DNA of 50,327 nucleotides from Macrostomum lignano (lineage: Eukaryota): contig NIVC01004329.1 in the NCBI GenBank assembly GCA_002269645.1, positions 1 through 50,327 of the forward strand, given 5' to 3'. A model generated the notes under the pieces. It saw only the letters and a program-made list of their open reading frames with translations, searched no databases and was not told where the DNA came from. Shown piece after piece: positions 46,093-50,327 of this stretch; positions within the stretch are counted from its first letter, which is position 1, and each line of letters starts with the position of its first letter. The position numbers and the translations under genes are program-made.

Positions 46093-47418
46093 TGGAATGT
46101 TAACTAGCAGTCACGGTTAGTAGGTTAGGCCTACTGCTACTAGGAAGCCCAAAAAGTCAAATCCAAGTGGTAGGGACCTAAGTATAGAACAAACAGTCAA
46201 TAACGAGATTTAAGGCTTGCAGCAAAGAATTTAGTAGATAATAGAAGCTCTAATTCAAGAAAACACTGGCAAGAGCAAATGCCAGCAGTATTACATTTTA
46301 TAATGACAAAAGCAAGCAAACATCCAATAGCACGTCACAGCACACCAATCTTTGTCAATTTCTTTTGGACTTATCGCTATGCTAATTATCAGCATGTAAA
46401 ATGCCTTTGTCTAAGTTCTATTCTTGTCAGTGTCCGTGAAATATCAATCAGATGTTTTATAATTTTAAAATCGAGCAACGATTTTTACAAGAAAAGCGTT
46501 GACGAATGTTTTACGTAGAAGCATATAGAGTCACCTGGGGGTAAAATAGCAAACTATTTTTCGCATTTTTAATCGAGTCGGGATGTACCTGTATTTCGAT
46601 CGAAGCTTGTAAATTTTGTTTAGCATAAAAATAAAATTAGATTATGAGCATTCAAGACTATTACAGTATATTGGCCTCCACCAATCAGACTTTTAAATAG
46701 AATCCTAGATTGTTTGAGAACCCTGCGATCAAGGACTACTGTATATAGCTATATACAGTGCGATATGAGCTCTTAGAGCCGACGTTTTTCCCTAGGCTTT
46801 AGGGGAGCAGGAAGCTCAGGTTAGTAAATCTGTCAGAACGAAGCGTGCCTAATTTTGGTCTGAGATCCACTGGAATTGACGTGAGAATATAGAAGCGTCC
46901 TGCACAATCTTCAGCTTCTCTATCTGATACACTAGCCTACGTACACCACGCTTCTAGAGCCATTATAGGGAGCAGGGTGCCACATCCACAGGCCCTGAAA
47001 CGGGCTATCAGATGACGTACCCTTGCAGCAGCTTCATGTTATTACATGTACGAGTGAGCGGTGAGTGTACATGCAACGTTATAGCGGCCCCTAAAATGAA
47101 TGGCGAACACAAAAGACGGCCGGCAGTATTACATGGGGCCCTGTGGAGCAGCTTTGGCACTCGCATGCAGCGCTAACCTTACTATAGCCGCCCCCAATAA
47201 AATCCTCAACATCGCAACATGCTCTAATCGAACTTTGTCACAACATGCAACAATGATTTATAGTCAATTTTGGACAGGTACTACTCAATAGGGACGGGAA
47301 ACTACAAGGTAGAGAGGCCATCTTTGATCCTTGAGTTACCTGGGTTAAAAAAAAACTTGGAACACATAGTATGCCACAATCAAAGTATAAGTAATTATAC
47401 GAGTTTTTTATTTCATGC

Positions 47419-47479
47419 CAAGGACAACTTGATAACTGCCTGATAACTATTACAACTAATTGTTATCAAGTTGTCCTTG
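47419..47479. repeat. Perfect 18-bp inverted repeat with a 25-nt loop
   Basis: CAAGGACAACTTGATAAC (47419-47436) / GTTATCAAGTTGTCCTTG (47462-47479). Confidence 0.85.
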
Positions 47480-47710
47480 TTTCATGCCTGACACTTGTTT
47501 ACTCGTACTTGCACCCATAGACACTTAGCTTTAACTGATGGACATGAAGAAAATTAAAAGCAAAAGTACGAGTATCAATGCTGTTTTGAATTGCCTAGTC
47601 TCATATGCTGCTCTCTCTCTCTTTTGTTTTCCACGGATTAGCATGGCGTCTGTGAAGGCTAAATAAGACACAGTACATGTAGAAGCACAAGCTGCACACG
47701 CATCGCCACC

Positions 47711-47820
47711 ATGACGCACATCCTGTCCTGGGGAGACCGGCATGTTGAAGACAACGACTCTGAGTGCGTTGATCTTCAGGAGGCAAGCGATCAGCCCATC
47801 GTGGACGTCAGCAGTTGCAG
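47711..47820 (+). CDS. Possible first coding exon of an unidentified gene divergent from RNF11 (MTHILSWGDRHVEDNDSECVDLQEASDQPIVDVSSC)
   Basis: gccacc-ATG Kozak context, open frame, donor 47820|gtaggc. The LSWG…IVDVS pattern is loosely RCC1-repeat-like (weak). Confidence 0.3.
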
Positions 47821-48070
47821 GTAGGCCACCAATTAAAAAAGGTAGCTTGTGAATTGAACTGGGAAGCGTGTGAATTAAACAAATATTGAGTATATTACCG
47901 TAAATATATGCATAAATACGCATTACAACCTTAAATTGAATTGGTTTATCGGCAATCTTAACCCCTCCCCCGATGGTGAGACACCGATCAATGAAATCAA
48001 TTTTATTGCACAAAAATTGTTAAAAACAAAAGGCAAAAAGCAAAAAAAAGCAAAAGCAAAAAAGCAAAGG

Positions 48071-49036
48071 CCTGCGGCGCCAAAATGAGTGCCTGCGGCG
48101 CCAAAATGAGTGCCTGCGGCGCCAAAATGAGTGTCTGCGGCGCTAAAATGAGTGCCTGCGGCGCTAAAATGAGTGCTTGCGGCGCTAAAATGAGTGCCTG
48201 CGGCGCTAAAATGAGTGCCTGCGGCGCTAAAATGAGTGCCTGCGGCGCTAAAATGAGTGCCTACAGCGCTAAAATGAGTGCCTGCGGCGCCAAAATGAGT
48301 GCCTGTGGCGCTAAAATGAGTGCCTGCGGCGCTAAAATGAGTGCCTGTGGCGCTAAAATGAGATCCTGCGGCGCTAAAATGAGTGCCTGCAGCGCTAAAT
48401 TGAGTGCCTGTGGCGCTTAAATGAGTTCCTGCGGCGCCAAAATGAGTGCCTGCGGCGCCAAAATGAGTGCCTGCTGTGGCGCCAAAATGAGTGCCTGTGG
48501 CGCTAAAATGAGTGCCTGTGGCGCTAAAATGAGTTCCTGCGGCGCCAAAATGAGTGCCTGCGGCGCTAAAATGAGTGCCTGCGGCGCCAAAATGAATGCC
48601 TGCGGCGCTAAAATGAGTGCCTGTGGCGCTAAAATGAGTGCCTGTGGCGCTAAAATGAGTTCCTGCGGCGCTAAAATGAGTGCCTGCGGTGCTAAAATGA
48701 GTTCCTGCGGCGCCAAAATGAGTGCTTGCGGTGCTAAAATGAGTACCTGCGGTGCTAAAATGAGTACCTGCGGTGCTAAAATGAGTGCCTGTGGCGCTAA
48801 AATGAGTGCCTGTGGCGCTAAAATGAGTTCCTGCGGCGCTAAAATGAGTGCCTGCGGTGCTAAAATGAGTACCTGCGGTGCTAAAATGAGTGCCTGTGGC
48901 GCTAAAATGAGTGCCTGTGGCGCTAAAATGAGTGCTTGCGGCGCTAAAATGAGTGCCTGTGGCGCTAAAATGAGTGCCTGTGGCGCTAAAATGAGTGCCT
49001 GTGGCGCTAAAATGAGTGCCTGTGGCGCTAAAATGA
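48071..49036 (+). repeat. 21-bp satellite GCCTGCGGCGCTAAAATGAGT, about 46 copies
   Basis: Directly visible. Confidence 0.97.
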
Positions 49037-49691
49037 ATGCCTCTCGTCTCGTCTCCTCTTTTGCCTCGCCTCTCGCTCCTCGTTCCTCGTTTCTCCTCTC
49101 TATTCTCTATCATCTCTCCCTTCTCTGGCCCCCAGTCATGCGCTAGGTGCTGTATCTGAAGTAAGAAAGTTTTCCGACCCCGGTCTAGATTTATAATTAA
49201 CTTGAAGAAAGACATTCAAATGTATTGGAGCATCAGAAGCTTTAAGATACTGCACGCTCTTGTCGCTCAGCTCAGTCACTGCATTCTGGAGGCTCTCCTC
49301 AATGCGTGAGCTTATTAATACGAGCATCAATGACAAAAGAACCCAAACGTACTCATTAGGATTGCAGCCGTGCTATTTCCACGTCTTGTTAAAGTTCACG
49401 AGTTCAATCAATCTGCTTGATAGGTTGCATAATCGAGTGCATGTGCTGGGAGAGCGCGCGGCTTGAGCGATGGAACTGCCTTGCTGACGTGTGTAGATCT
49501 TGATAGTCCAATCCCTGGGAGCGACTATATTAGGACACTTGCACAATACATGTATTATATAGTATTACAGTAGTTTTGGCGCCGAGTGTTTTAATGCATG
49601 AATATAGAAAACTTTGAGAATAACTCAGTGGCGTAGCCAAGAATTTCAATTGGGGGGGGGGGTTGGCTAGCCCTGCCTTATGCCATTGCCA

Positions 49692-50327
49692 CTTTTGGCG
49701 CCGCATGCACTCATTTTAGCGCCACAAGCACTCATTTTAGCGCCGCGGGCACTCATTTTGGCGCCGCAGGCACTCATTTAGCGCTGCAGGCACTCATTTT
49801 AGCGCCGCAGGATCTCATTTTAGCGCCGCAGGCACTCATTTTAGCGCCACAAGCACTCATTTTAGCGCCGCGGGCACTCATTTTGGCGCCGCAGGCACTC
49901 ATTTTAGCGCCGCAAGCACTCATTTTAGCGCCGCGGGCACTCATTTTAGCGCCGGCAGGCACTCATTTTGGCGCCGCAGAAACTCATTTTAGCGCCACAA
50001 GCACTCATTTTAGCGCCGCGGGCACTCATTTTAGCGCCGCAGGCACTCATTTTGGCGGCCGCAGAAACTCATTTTAGCGCCACAAGCACTCATTTTAGCG
50101 CCGCGCGGGCACTCATTTTGGCGCCGCAGGCACTTCATTTTAGCGCGCGCAAGCACTCATTTTAGCGCCGGCGGCACTCATTTTAGCGCCGCAGGCACTC
50201 ATTTTGGCGCCGCAGAAACTCATTTTAGCGCCACAAGCACTCATTTTAGCGCCGCGGGCACTCATTTTAGCGCCGCAGGCACTCATTTTGGCGCCGCAGA
50301 AAACTCATTTAAGCGCCACAGGCACTC
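49692..50327 (-). repeat. Same 21-bp satellite in reverse orientation (ACTCATTTTAGCGCCGCAGGC), running off the window
   Basis: Reverse complement of the 48071-49036 unit. Confidence 0.97.

Overview
This is eukaryotic (invertebrate metazoan) genomic DNA, not prokaryotic. Its style (poly-Q exons, GT-AG introns packed with minisatellites, a dmsr-type GPCR) resembles a free-living flatworm such as Macrostomum, but that is inference. Three spliced genes can be assembled by hand. (1) A tensin (+, about 184-19704, about 18 exons; PTEN-like PTP, C2, long low-complexity linker, SH2, PTB) that needs four single-base corrections to stay in frame. (2) A two-coding-exon rhodopsin-class neuropeptide GPCR of the myosuppressin/dmsr type (+, 33566-35115). 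(3) An RNF11-like RING-H2 gene (-, 46092-41963). A possible fourth gene starts head-to-head with RNF11 at 47711. Mobile DNA comprises a dead 5'-truncated RT+RNase H non-LTR retrotransposon antisense in the last tensin intron, an RTE-clade fragment, about eight pieces of one tRNA-derived SINE family, and small hairpin/MITE-like elements. Roughly 30% of the window (about 15-16 kb by rough summation) is some 28 tandem arrays, nearly all with a unique unit. Most long ORFs in the supplied track are artefacts of these arrays. The most interesting signals are: three intronic arrays whose unit contains the splice site itself (17 identical donors, 11 acceptors, and a set of decayed donors); a 1.25-kb CpG-free zone just downstream of the RNF11 start; a foldback-like inverted pair of 21-bp satellite arrays; and a co-varying hairpin in the SINE.
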